11,025 nucleotides of DNA from Candidatus Thorarchaeota archaeon (GCA_048882485.1 JBHLRP010000079.1:1-11025), one strand, 5' to 3'; counted from the stretch's first letter, positions 1-8,441 are shown. The notes: generated by a model not told the origin, from the sequence alone. Made by a program: numbers and translations.

Positions 1-1743
1 CGTCAATGGGATCAAACTGCGAGCTTCCTGCGGATGAAGAACCAAATCGGTACTAACTGGATGCAGTTGGCAGACTCTGACATCGTGTACCTAAAGGGTC
101 ATGAATACTGGATTGCTCCATTGACCTTCGACTATGCCACTATATCTGACAACTTCATCACACAGCATCTCATCTACACACACACTGAAGGAATGGTTGT
201 CCTTGATGCCTATAGTGGCGATATAATCGAAGAGGATAGTTTCGTTGCTCTGATGAATAGGACTGCCGCCGTCGATACATACTATGGTGAGGGTGTTGGA
301 TTCTCCGATGTGGTCTTCGTAAATGTACCAGGGTTTGATGAGATTGGCAATACAACTTTTCCGGGGCAGCCTGACTACACCCTCAGCGGTTTCGAGTCGT
401 TCTTCTACATACTAACCATGGGTCCAGAAGCCTGGTCTTTCATTGGTCGCGACATGGACATGTTGGTGCAACGGGACGTGGTTTCGAGAGTTCGGTCAAT
501 AATGCTTCAAGGACTCACAGTTGATACCGATCCATACATTGTAGCTGCCCCAGACGGAACTCTGTACTATGCTGTGTCAGTCTTCATTGACTATCCATTG
601 GCGACAGGATATGCACACGAGAACTACGTTCGCTTCATGGGTGTTGTGTTGGTAGACATCCAGACTGGAGAGCTTGAGTTCTATAAGTCTCCCACAGCAG
701 AGGGGGGTTTCTTCCTAGACAGTACATATGATGACTACTATGATTGGGCGCCTGCTCCCGAGTGGCTTCAGTCACAAATGAAATGGCCTGAAGACCTCTA
801 TGAACGTCAGCTAGAGATTGCCTACATCTATCACGTCAATGATGGTATCGTCTGGCGCGGTGGAAATGACTTCCACCAGGCTCCAGAGGGTTCTGACACT
901 AGGTACATCATCATGCGAATCCTAGGTGAAGAACGCTTTGTTGCAATGCATAACAGCGAGTTCTTGGACTCAGCTGGACGAAACCTTGCAGGGCTATATG
1001 TCATGGGTTGTGGCGATAAGGACTTCGGAGTATTGCGTTTCTACAAGGCGGGAGAGCTTGGATTCTCGACTCTTCTGGGACCAACAGCTGCTGTACAGGC
1101 GTTCGAAACTAATGATGCAGTACGGACTCAGCTGCAGCTCTGGGGTGAACACAGGTATGGAAACAGACTGCTGTACCACCTCGGAGGCGATCTGTTCTTC
1201 GTGGTTCCTGTGTTCCTAGAGGTGGAAACATCAGCCAATAGAGTCATTGAGAAGCTTGGTGGAGTAGGACTCGTTGATGCACAGACTGGCGAACGAGTGA
1301 CTCTCGGAAACAATGTGGTTGAAGCGTACTACGAAATGTTTGGCTTACTTAATCAAACAACAGTCGGAACTGGAGAAGTGGGCTTCGACAGCGCTCTGTT
1401 CAGCCCGATCACAGTCAGCTCGGGCGATGCTGCTAGCCTTGTGACATTGCTAAGGAACAATGACAATATGAGTCATGACTTGACTCTAGACATTGTGATA
1501 ACCGCTGGCAATTTCTCAGTGAACTGGCATGGAATGGATGTGGTTCCCACTGAGTATCCCGCAAACACGACATTCACACTCAATATTGGCAATGTTGGTC
1601 AGGGCGACCTCTATGGGACAACGCCACTGGTCACTGCATACTTGCCCCCAGGACTTGTCGTGGCTCAGTACCTGGTACAGCTAATCCTGAGGACTGAAGA
1701 GGGAATTGTAGACACAATCAACCTGATTCTGACGGTGACATGA
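1..1743 (+). CDS. UPF0182 family protein, 5'-truncated by the window edge, with extra C-terminal beta-rich domain
   Basis: Frame 1 is open from base 1 (RQWDQTASFLRMKNQ...), so the ATG at 34 is probably internal. Motifs YTHTEG, YYGEG, DTDPY, NYVR..VLVD..TGEL.FY, WPEDLYERQ..YHV.D, NLAG, GP and GN.L...G.L..VVPVF occur in the order seen in UPF0182 (PF03699). Confidence 0.8.
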   Translation, partial: RQWDQTASFLRMKNQIGTNWMQLADSDIVYLKGHEYWIAPLTFDYATISDNFITQHLIYTHTEGMVVLDAYSGDIIEEDSFVALMNRTAAVDTYYGEGVGFSDVVFVNVPGFDEIGNTTFPGQPDYTLSGFESFFYILTMGPEAWSFIGRDMDMLVQRDVVSRVRSIMLQGLTVDTDPYIVAAPDGTLYYAVSVFIDYPLATGYAHENYVRFMGVVLVDIQTGELEFYKSPTAEGGFFLDSTYDDYYDWAPAPEWLQSQMKWPEDLYERQLEIAYIYHVNDGIVWRGGNDFHQAPEGSDTRYIIMRILGEERFVAMHNSEFLDSAGRNLAGLYVMGCGDKDFGVLRFYKAGELGFSTLLGPTAAVQAFETNDAVRTQLQLWGEHRYGNRLLYHLGGDLFFVVPVFLEVETSANRVIEKLGGVGLVDAQTGERVTLGNNVVEAYYEMFGLLNQTTVGTGEVGFDSALFSPITVSSGDAASLVTLLRNNDNMSHDLTLDIVITAGNFSVNWHGMDVVPTEYPANTTFTLNIGNVGQGDLYGTTPLVTAYLPPGLVVAQYLVQLILRTEEGIVDTINLILTVT

Positions 1744-1753
1744 ACAGGGGTCT

Positions 1754-2704
1754 CTAAGTGCTGAGATAGTTTCGATACCAATCCACAGTGCGTTCGAGTC
1801 CATCATCTAGGGTGACTGATGGAGTGAAATCCAGGATTTCCTTGGCTCTCTCTCCTGAGCCAATACTCTCCTTGATATCACCCTGTCTTGCGGGTCCATG
1901 AACAATACTTGATTCAGATTCAGGCACGAGTGCTAAAATGCGGTTCGCCAGATCGAGTATGGAGATTATGTCACCGCCTGCCACATTCAGTGTTTGGCCC
2001 ACAGCTCGATATGACTCTCCTGCGAGCCGTGTGATTTCTACAACATCGTCAATATGAATCAGACTTCGGGTTTGAAGTCCATCCCCATCCACGATAATCG
2101 GCATGTTTTGGATAGCATTATTGATGAAGATTGAAACAACCCCACTGTATGGTGAGAAAGCCTGCCTGGGCCCATAGATGTTGAAACATCTCAATATCAC
2201 AGTTTCAATTCCATAGGTGCTGTGAAACGCCCTGAGATACATCTCTGCAGCAAGCTTTGATGCTCCATAAGGGCTCAGAGGCTCGACGGGTGATTTCTCA
2301 CTAACCGGCATCTTTCCAGGCATTCCATAAACTGCGGCACTTGAGCTGAAGACTATTCTTCTGGCTCGATTCAATCTCGCCAAATCAAGCATCTTCAAAG
2401 TGCCAGTTGCATTGATATTATGCACAAGGAGTGGTTCTTCCACAGATTGCTTGACTGATGATATTGCTGCCAGGTGGTAGATGACATCTATTTCGAAATC
2501 AAGTTGTGAGGCTACATCATCATCCATAATACTGGCTGTAATTAGCTTGAATCGAGGATTCATCAGGGCTGATTCAATATTCGTTTCCAATCCGGTGCTG
2601 AAATTGTCAATGCCTATGACTGAGTAACCTATATCCAACAAGTGATCTACGAGATTGCTGCCGACAAATCCAGCACAACCGGTCACAAGAGCCATTTCAA
2701 CCAT
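1754..2704 (-). CDS. NAD-dependent nucleotide-sugar epimerase/dehydratase (UDP-glucose 4-epimerase-like, extended SDR)
   Basis: TGCAGFVG (GxxGxxG), HLAA, SSSAAVYG, catalytic YGASK (YxxxK), R.FNIYGPRQ, DG.QTR..IHIDDV; 316 aa. Confidence 0.93.
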   Translation of the reverse strand: MVEMALVTGCAGFVGSNLVDHLLDIGYSVIGIDNFSTGLETNIESALMNPRFKLITASIMDDDVASQLDFEIDVIYHLAAISSVKQSVEEPLLVHNINATGTLKMLDLARLNRARRIVFSSSAAVYGMPGKMPVSEKSPVEPLSPYGASKLAAEMYLRAFHSTYGIETVILRCFNIYGPRQAFSPYSGVVSIFINNAIQNMPIIVDGDGLQTRSLIHIDDVVEITRLAGESYRAVGQTLNVAGGDIISILDLANRILALVPESESSIVHGPARQGDIKESIGSGERAKEILDFTPSVTLDDGLERTVDWYRNYLST

Positions 2705-2803
2705 AGTTCTCGCTTCGCAAAGAGGTGCTCACTCGCTATAGCCCTTTTCCCTAACACTAAACCGATGTGTTGATGTGTTAGTATTGCAAGCTCCTATATC
2801 AAC

Positions 2804-3121
2804 ATGTCTGAACCTGAGGATGATATGACTGGCCCATTCTTCGTCTATATCTTGGAGACCGCGGACGGCACATTTTACACTGGGCAGACCAACAACCTGC
2901 ATCGTCGTTTCACTGAGCACTTGTCCGGAAACTCTAAGGGTGCCAGATATTTACGGGCTCACAAGCCAGAATTCTTGGTATATTTGGAAGAGTTCGAAAC
3001 GCGAGGAGAAGCAATGAAGCGCGAACATAGAATTCAACGGAGCAGAAAGTTGAAAATTAGTCTGGTGGGCCCGCGCCGCGACATTCGTGAGGTCATAGAA
3101 TCTGAAAGGAGCTATCAGTAA
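2804..3121 (+). CDS. Stand-alone GIY-YIG nuclease (UPF0213/YhbQ-YazA type)
   Basis: FVYIL...DGTFYTGQTNNL.RR..EH..G..GARY...LVY.EEF.TR.EAMKRE has the GIY/YIG strands plus conserved Arg, His and Glu; 105 aa. Confidence 0.9.
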   Translation: MSEPEDDMTGPFFVYILETADGTFYTGQTNNLHRRFTEHLSGNSKGARYLRAHKPEFLVYLEEFETRGEAMKREHRIQRSRKLKISLVGPRRDIREVIESERSYQ

Positions 3122-3174
3122 TATCACGAAGCTTTCTTATCATGGATTCTCCCCCGAATCCAAGGGGGTCTTCA

Positions 3175-4695
3175 ATGACAGAACTTATTCTTGCTATTGA
3201 TGCCGGGACCACTGGCGTCCGCTCTATGTTCTTTAAGCCCACAGGTGAGGTGGTCGCTAGGGCGTATGAGGAGTTTGAGAATCACTTTCCGAAGCCCTCT
3301 TGGGTTGAGCAAGAGGCATCCGATTGGTGGACATCCACATGCAATACGATATCTGCTTGCTTCAAATCGGACCTAGCAAAGGCTGAACAAGTTGTCGGTG
3401 TTAGTGTGACTAATCAGCGTGAAACCGTGGTTCCAATTGCTAAGAATGGTGCCGCGTTGAGAAAGGCAATTGTTTGGCAAGACCGTCGCACAGTTCCAGA
3501 GTGCGAATGGATAAAGAGCCAGATCTCAGAGGATGAGATCTATTCCATAACAGGGCTCACCGTGGATCCTTATTTCACAGCACCTAAGATACTTTGGGTC
3601 AAGAGGAACCAGCCTGAGGTCTTTGAAAAGACTCACAAGTTCTTGTTGGTGCATGACTACCTTGTCTACAAACTCACTGGCTTGACAATCACTGATCACT
3701 CTAATGCAAGCAGGACCCTGCTCTTTGATGTTTCCAAGGGTACTTGGTCTGGAACAATGCTTGATTGTCTAGGCATACCAAAGGATAAACTCCCTGATCC
3801 CATTGGTTCTGGAATCAAGGTTGGAGAAATTAGTGAGCAAGCTTCGAAAGAGTCTGGACTTATCCCGGGCACTCCAGTTGTAGCTGGTGGGGGAGACCAG
3901 CAATGTGCTGCTCTGGGTGTGGGAGTGGTACGTCCAGGCTCATTCAAATCGACTACAGGCACTGGCACGTTCATGCTTGCATTCTCTGACACTCTGAAAC
4001 TTGATTCCCAGCGCAGAGTTCTCTGCAGTAGACACGTGGTGCCTGATGCATTTGTTGTAGAGGCATCAATGTTCACCACAGGCTCAGCACTACGCTGGTT
4101 TCGTGACCAGCTTGGAAGTGTGGAGATTGCAGCCGCCGAGGAACAGGGAATGGATCCTTATGAAGTAATAACTGAGGGTGCAGGGCAGATTCCTGCTGGC
4201 TCTGAAGGTGTCCTTCACATTCCTCACTTCGTGGGCGCAGGAGCACCATATTGGAATCCGCATGCAAGAGGGGTCTTTGCAGGACTCGCTCTCGGACACA
4301 CACGACATCATCTAATGCGTGCAATCCTTGAAGGAGTCTGCTACGAGATACGAACCAATCTAGAAGTGATGTGGGAATTGGGGCTCTCTGTCAATGAAGT
4401 TCGTGTCACAGGAGGCGCAGCTAGGAGTGAGACTTGGATGCAGATACAGGCTGATGTCCTCAACATTCCTGTAATTCGAACGAAAATGGAGGAGTCCACC
4501 GCATTAGGTGCTGCAATATTGGCAGCGAAAGGAGTTGGGATATTCAAATCAGTAGTTGAAGCTGCAGAAGAAATGGTCTGTCCCATCTCACCTCTGACTC
4601 CTACTGACGAGAATAGGTCTGTTTACGATGATGGATTCGAGAGGTACAAGACCCTCTACAATTGCCTATCTGGGATTACATGGACATCAGACTAG
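3175..4695 (+). CDS. FGGY-family carbohydrate kinase (glycerol-kinase-like substrate pocket; could be auto-annotated as xylulokinase)
   Basis: DAGTTG, TNQRET, WQDRR, PYF, SNASRT, GDQQ.AA.G, K.T.GTG.F, PYW, GGAA. Start placed at ATG 3175 (MTELILAID) behind AGGGGG at 3163-3168, rather than ATG 3142. Confidence 0.9.
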   Translation: MTELILAIDAGTTGVRSMFFKPTGEVVARAYEEFENHFPKPSWVEQEASDWWTSTCNTISACFKSDLAKAEQVVGVSVTNQRETVVPIAKNGAALRKAIVWQDRRTVPECEWIKSQISEDEIYSITGLTVDPYFTAPKILWVKRNQPEVFEKTHKFLLVHDYLVYKLTGLTITDHSNASRTLLFDVSKGTWSGTMLDCLGIPKDKLPDPIGSGIKVGEISEQASKESGLIPGTPVVAGGGDQQCAALGVGVVRPGSFKSTTGTGTFMLAFSDTLKLDSQRRVLCSRHVVPDAFVVEASMFTTGSALRWFRDQLGSVEIAAAEEQGMDPYEVITEGAGQIPAGSEGVLHIPHFVGAGAPYWNPHARGVFAGLALGHTRHHLMRAILEGVCYEIRTNLEVMWELGLSVNEVRVTGGAARSETWMQIQADVLNIPVIRTKMEESTALGAAILAAKGVGIFKSVVEAAEEMVCPISPLTPTDENRSVYDDGFERYKTLYNCLSGITWTSD

Positions 4696-5978
4696 GAGGA
4701 ATAGACTGCCAGCTTATTGCCCTTATCGAGCACGAGAATCTTAGTTTTTGGATCCTCTGAAATCCATGCATCAATCACAGATTGAATATCATCCACCTTC
4801 TCTAGATGCGCAGACTGAACGGTATCCTCATCGAGAGTAGTATACATCTTTACGCCTGAAACACGATTCAGCAATTCCGCAAATTTGTAGGCCTTGTGCT
4901 CATAGAGATGATATTGTCCACTGATGGATGCGATGACATCATTAAGTGGAGCTGCGAGTTTATTATAGAAATTCTCAGTGGCCTTTGGAGGTGCAACACC
5001 ATCACGGCATTCAGCTACGAACAAGACTTCTCCACCATCAGCTACTGCGTTTTTCGTTAGCTCCAAACCTCTTTGAGCATGGTATAGGCTCTTGTCCTGT
5101 GGATAGCCTCCCGGGGACACGATAATCCTGGACACAGGATCTACCGTGAAGCTAGCAGTTTCATCTAGTACCTCAATTCCTCTAGCTATTACTGGCTCTA
5201 GTCGTCCTGCATCTGCCCAAACTAGACTCTTCCCACTTGTGATGACAGATAGTGTGAACACCTTTGCATTCTTAGTCACAATCTCCATGGCTTCTTTCAT
5301 ATCATCAGCCAAGGGATTGGTGCGCTTGGCCGGATCAGGATGATATGGATGTCTGCCAAAGGTTGAATTTGGGTCCAATGCCATCGAGTGATTAGCTTCA
5401 ATAGTCTTGAACGCACACACGCCTGGAAGGAAATTCTTCAATCCATTTGAGTAACCAGCAAAATAGTGTGCTTTCATATCTGTTAGGGACACATAGATAT
5501 CATGTTTCGTTGCGAGAGCGTTTACGACAATAGGCGTCCCTCTACTCGTGACGCCAAGATCAACAACATCTTCGCTTTGACAGTCATGTATGTGAACATC
5601 AAATTTGCTCAAGCCTCCATCACGAGCCACTCGTTGAATCATGTCTACTATCTCGAGGTTGGCAGGATGATTCACTTCATGTGACCCTGTGGTAATGATG
5701 AATTGTACATTGTTTGCATCCGTGAGTAGTGGGACGACTGCACTCACAAGTTCCCGATGTGGAGATTCTCTGGTATGGTCTTCGACAAGAACGCAGACAT
5801 TCCTACTCCGCACAAGTTCTTCAAGGTGAGGCCCGTGAGGATTTGCTAGCACACGGGCAAGCTCTGCCTCAAAATCAGATGAAGCAGCCACTTGCCTTGG
5901 AATAATCATCCCTGCAAGATTCTCATCCGGTATGTCAAACTCAATCTTGGATTCACCGTATGATAAGTCCACCTTCAT
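4692..5978 (-). CDS. larA: LarA-family nickel-pincer-nucleotide-dependent 2-hydroxy-acid racemase/epimerase (substrate uncertain)
   Basis: EDHTR, TGSH, HD, G.TSRGTP, HYFAGYS.G.K..LPG, NH, SPGGYP.D..LY, AEC.DG. Start likely ATG 5978 (MKVDLSYG) with GAGGA 7 nt upstream; ORF track starts at 5996. Confidence 0.88.
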   Translation of the reverse strand: MKVDLSYGESKIEFDIPDENLAGMIIPRQVAASSDFEAELARVLANPHGPHLEELVRSRNVCVLVEDHTRESPHRELVSAVVPLLTDANNVQFIITTGSHEVNHPANLEIVDMIQRVARDGGLSKFDVHIHDCQSEDVVDLGVTSRGTPIVVNALATKHDIYVSLTDMKAHYFAGYSNGLKNFLPGVCAFKTIEANHSMALDPNSTFGRHPYHPDPAKRTNPLADDMKEAMEIVTKNAKVFTLSVITSGKSLVWADAGRLEPVIARGIEVLDETASFTVDPVSRIIVSPGGYPQDKSLYHAQRGLELTKNAVADGGEVLFVAECRDGVAPPKATENFYNKLAAPLNDVIASISGQYHLYEHKAYKFAELLNRVSGVKMYTTLDEDTVQSAHLEKVDDIQSVIDAWISEDPKTKILVLDKGNKLAVYSS

Positions 5979-6093
5979 CCTAGTGTCCTCGTTCATCTTG
6001 GTGCCTTTGCTACAGAAAAGCGTTGACCCTGCTGCACATTGAGCTTCACCGCGTCACCAAAACTGATATCCGACTGATTTGGTTTGAAAGATT

Positions 6094-6417
6094 ATGAGCA
6101 ATTCGGATGATCAAAGGAAAACTGGCATGGCAGGAATGGGTCGCTGGTTGGCAGTAGGCTCTGAGTTGCCTTGTTCTGTGATCATCATGACATATGTTGG
6201 ATCTTTCCTAGGCACGGCCTGGTGGGGGCCTCAGGGTGCCGTGTCTGGAGGAGTCCTGGGTTCTCTAGTAGGATTTGTGCTGGGTGTCTTAAGCGTCTAT
6301 AAGACTGTGGAGTACTATGACCGCTTAGAAACTCAGAATCAGACCAGACGCACTTACATGCCGCCGCTTGAAGAAATCTACGAGGAGTTTGATCTCCCCG
6401 GAAAGGAAGATGAATAG
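6094..6417 (+). CDS. Small 2-TM membrane protein resembling the AtpZ/AtpQ (ATPase gene 1, 'AtpZ/AtpI') family
   Basis: WLAVGSELPCSVIIMTYVGSFLG..WWG...GGVLGSLVGFVLGVLSVYK follows the pattern G.El...v...G..l..w.g...G.llG...G...vy+ of this family; acidic C-terminal tail. The CDS is solid; the family call is by eye only. Confidence 0.6.
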   Translation: MSNSDDQRKTGMAGMGRWLAVGSELPCSVIIMTYVGSFLGTAWWGPQGAVSGGVLGSLVGFVLGVLSVYKTVEYYDRLETQNQTRRTYMPPLEEIYEEFDLPGKEDE

Positions 6418-6429
6418 CTAGCCACTTTT

Positions 6430-6978
6430 TCAAGTGACTTTCTCGCCTAGACTGTAGTAGTTGAAATCGCCACCGGTAGCCCAAACAAAAGTATTTGCTT
6501 TTCTCAGATTCAGTTTGCCATCGTTCAGACAATGGGGAGTGACATATGAGCCGATGACTTCACCAATAATCCCTTCATTTGGGTCGTAGTCCAAGACTTC
6601 TGTGAGTCTGCATTCCATGTTTATTGGACACTCCCGAATCATAGGGGCTGTTGAGATCTTTCCGTAGAATGTTTCGAACAACGATGACTTGTCAAAATCT
6701 CGTCCAGATTTGCTACCACATATTTTGGTTTCAGGCATTAGGTCTACTGAAGGTATATTCACGCTGAATGTTCCCTGTTCATGTATTCCAATCCTTGTGT
6801 GTCGTTTTTTGAACAAGCTGAAGAAGATGTGTTTTCCAAAATTGAAGGGGGCTATATAGCCGATAACAAGATAGTTTGGTTTTCCATTCACCAGTGCTCC
6901 AACTAACGCCACGGGCAAAGGATTGAGAATATTACCCCTGATTTCTTGCTTCCCCAGTTTCTCAATCGATGATGCCAT
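6430..6978 (-). CDS. Flavin reductase-like / flavoredoxin family protein (FMN-binding split barrel)
   Basis: P.PVALV...NGKPN, RHT..GI...GTFSVNIP, CGSKSGR..DK, APMI.ECP.N.EC, IGEV. Start is ATG 6978 or GTG 6984; lies directly after the nitroreductase stop, suggesting an operon. Confidence 0.88.
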   Translation of the reverse strand: MASSIEKLGKQEIRGNILNPLPVALVGALVNGKPNYLVIGYIAPFNFGKHIFFSLFKKRHTRIGIHEQGTFSVNIPSVDLMPETKICGSKSGRDFDKSSLFETFYGKISTAPMIRECPINMECRLTEVLDYDPNEGIIGEVIGSYVTPHCLNDGKLNLRKANTFVWATGGDFNYYSLGEKVT

Positions 6979-6985
6979 TAGCACA

Positions 6986-7579
6986 TCAACTCAGTCTGCC
7001 CTGATCTAGGAAAGGAGTGCCATACTTCTCTGAATATACAATCTCTCCAACATCTATCCTAGGTCGTTGCCTTGGATCTTCATCCGCAAGACCCAGCGTC
7101 ACCAGCGCAATGATGTCCCCATCAGCTGGAATCGCCAATGCATCTTTTACAATCCTTGTCACCTCGTTGGGCGCAGACTGGAACATTGCAATCCAACAAC
7201 TACCATACCCAAGTGCTGTTGCTGCAAGTATTAGATGCTCAGCGGCAATCATGGTGTCCATTGCATGCCATTTTGCAGGATTATTGGGACAACACGAGGC
7301 TTCCTGCATTGCAAGTACAACCACCACTGCATTTGCTTTTGCAATGAACTTTTGTCCTCCTGCTGCCTCAGCCAGTATTTCTTTCATCACGGGTGTCCGA
7401 ACTACTATGAAGCGCCAAGGTTGGCTATTGTTTGTAGATGGAGCTAACTGTGCCGCTCTGAACATTCTTGCTATGTCATCATCCGGAATCTCGAATTCCC
7501 TGTATTTCCTAATGCTCCGCCTTTCCTCGATGACCCTGAAGAATAAATCAGCGGCTTCAACTCTTGTTTGAGCCTTCAT
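6986..7579 (-). CDS. Nitroreductase family protein (FMN-dependent)
   Basis: RRSIRKY, A..APS..NSQPWRFIVV, D..IAA.HL.LAATALGYGSCWI, LG. Start at ATG 7579 with GGAGGT RBS at 7590-7585; the ORF track start at 7612 lies inside the operator region. Confidence 0.92.
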   Translation of the reverse strand: MKAQTRVEAADLFFRVIEERRSIRKYREFEIPDDDIARMFRAAQLAPSTNNSQPWRFIVVRTPVMKEILAEAAGGQKFIAKANAVVVVLAMQEASCCPNNPAKWHAMDTMIAAEHLILAATALGYGSCWIAMFQSAPNEVTRIVKDALAIPADGDIIALVTLGLADEDPRQRPRIDVGEIVYSEKYGTPFLDQGRLS

Positions 7580-7596
7580 ATAGAACCTCCAGTTAA

Positions 7597-7642
7597 TATA
7601 TTGGATGACCAATAGAATAAGTATTGGTTGTCCAATATAAAT
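7597..7642 (-). promoter_or_regulatory. Promoter of the nitroreductase-flavin reductase operon with two palindromic operator boxes (TATTGG-N4-CCAATA)
   Basis: Box 1 is 7599-7614 TATTGGatgaCCAATA and box 2 is 7622-7637 TATTGGttgtCCAATA. A minus-strand TATA-like TTTATAT at 7641-7635 overlaps box 2. The region is locally AT-rich. Confidence 0.7.
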
Positions 7643-7716
7643 GCATGTTACAGCGCAAGAGTCACCTGGCCCAAATTCCGTTTGTGAGGAGTTTCACAGT
7701 CAGCACAATCTTTCTT

Positions 7717-8307
7717 CTATCTGAGAAACTCATCATCATCGTCTGCATCAAGTACCTCAATGATGACCTTTGTGGCACTTCTACCCACGCCAGCTATAAT
7801 AATCTGGACTAGGAGTGCAATCATGAATGCTCCAAGTGCGAAGCTGAATATTGCTAGCGAGAATGACCCTGCAGCTGTTACCCATGGGCCTACATAGTAC
7901 AGGTCCACGAGATACCACATGTAAAAACCAGTTACCGCCATCACGACAACCAATATTCCGTAGAGCATCACTACTGTCTTTACCTTCGGCGTATCAAACC
8001 TGACCTGTTCGATTCCTGGACCTACCACGGCGTTGCCAATCTTCCTAGAGAACCTCACGAATGCGCTGATTGCGGCAAGGAATAGGACGATGAAGATAAT
8101 GATGATCACTAGGAGGAGAAGCGGCTTCAACGCATCATCGAGTGTGAAGAAGAGATCTCCTATTGCGTATGCAGTGAGCGATCCTACCATCACTATGATG
8201 GCAACTATTTCTACGACAAATGTGATGGTGGCAGAGTTTCTAAAGAGGCTCCCAAGGTCGAAATACTCGTCGCGCCTCGGTACGAGATCGTCAGTTCCTT
8301 CCGTCAT
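7717..8307 (-). CDS. Hypothetical 4-TM membrane protein
   Basis: Four hydrophobic stretches in two hairpins separated by a basic loop (VRFSRKIG...KVK); acidic C-terminus DADDDDEFLR. Start guessed at ATG 8307 (MTEGTDDL, 196 aa), which leaves room for a divergent promoter. Confidence 0.7.
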   Translation of the reverse strand: MTEGTDDLVPRRDEYFDLGSLFRNSATITFVVEIVAIIVMVGSLTAYAIGDLFFTLDDALKPLLLLVIIIIFIVLFLAAISAFVRFSRKIGNAVVGPGIEQVRFDTPKVKTVVMLYGILVVVMAVTGFYMWYLVDLYYVGPWVTAAGSFSLAIFSFALGAFMIALLVQIIIAGVGRSATKVIIEVLDADDDDEFLR

Positions 8308-8380
8308 GGCGACCAACTTGATTGCACGAGCCTTCCCGGTTATTTGAATTCTTCTACTATCGTCAGTTTCCTTCCCTTCG

Positions 8381-8441
8381 TCAACCTTTATATCCCGCAT
8401 GCATTGAAAAATCGTAATCCCGCCGACCAAAAATCACGGTG
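8381..8441 (+). promoter_or_regulatory. Putative archaeal TATA box and RBS for atpC
   Basis: TTTATAT at 8387-8393 in the divergent intergenic region; GGTG at 8438-8441, 7 nt before ATG 8449. Confidence 0.45.

Noticed and set aside
2804-3121. GIY-YIG gene as a homing endonuclease or mobile element
   Set aside because: Short stand-alone UPF0213 type with no DNA-binding extension, intron/intein context or flanking repeats.
7017-7571. 184-aa plus-strand ORF and the other short nested or antisense ORFs in the track (e.g. 926-1219, 3696-4079, 6185-6532, 8033-8347, 10381-10728)
   Set aside because: Shadows of well-supported genes, with no recognisable motifs.
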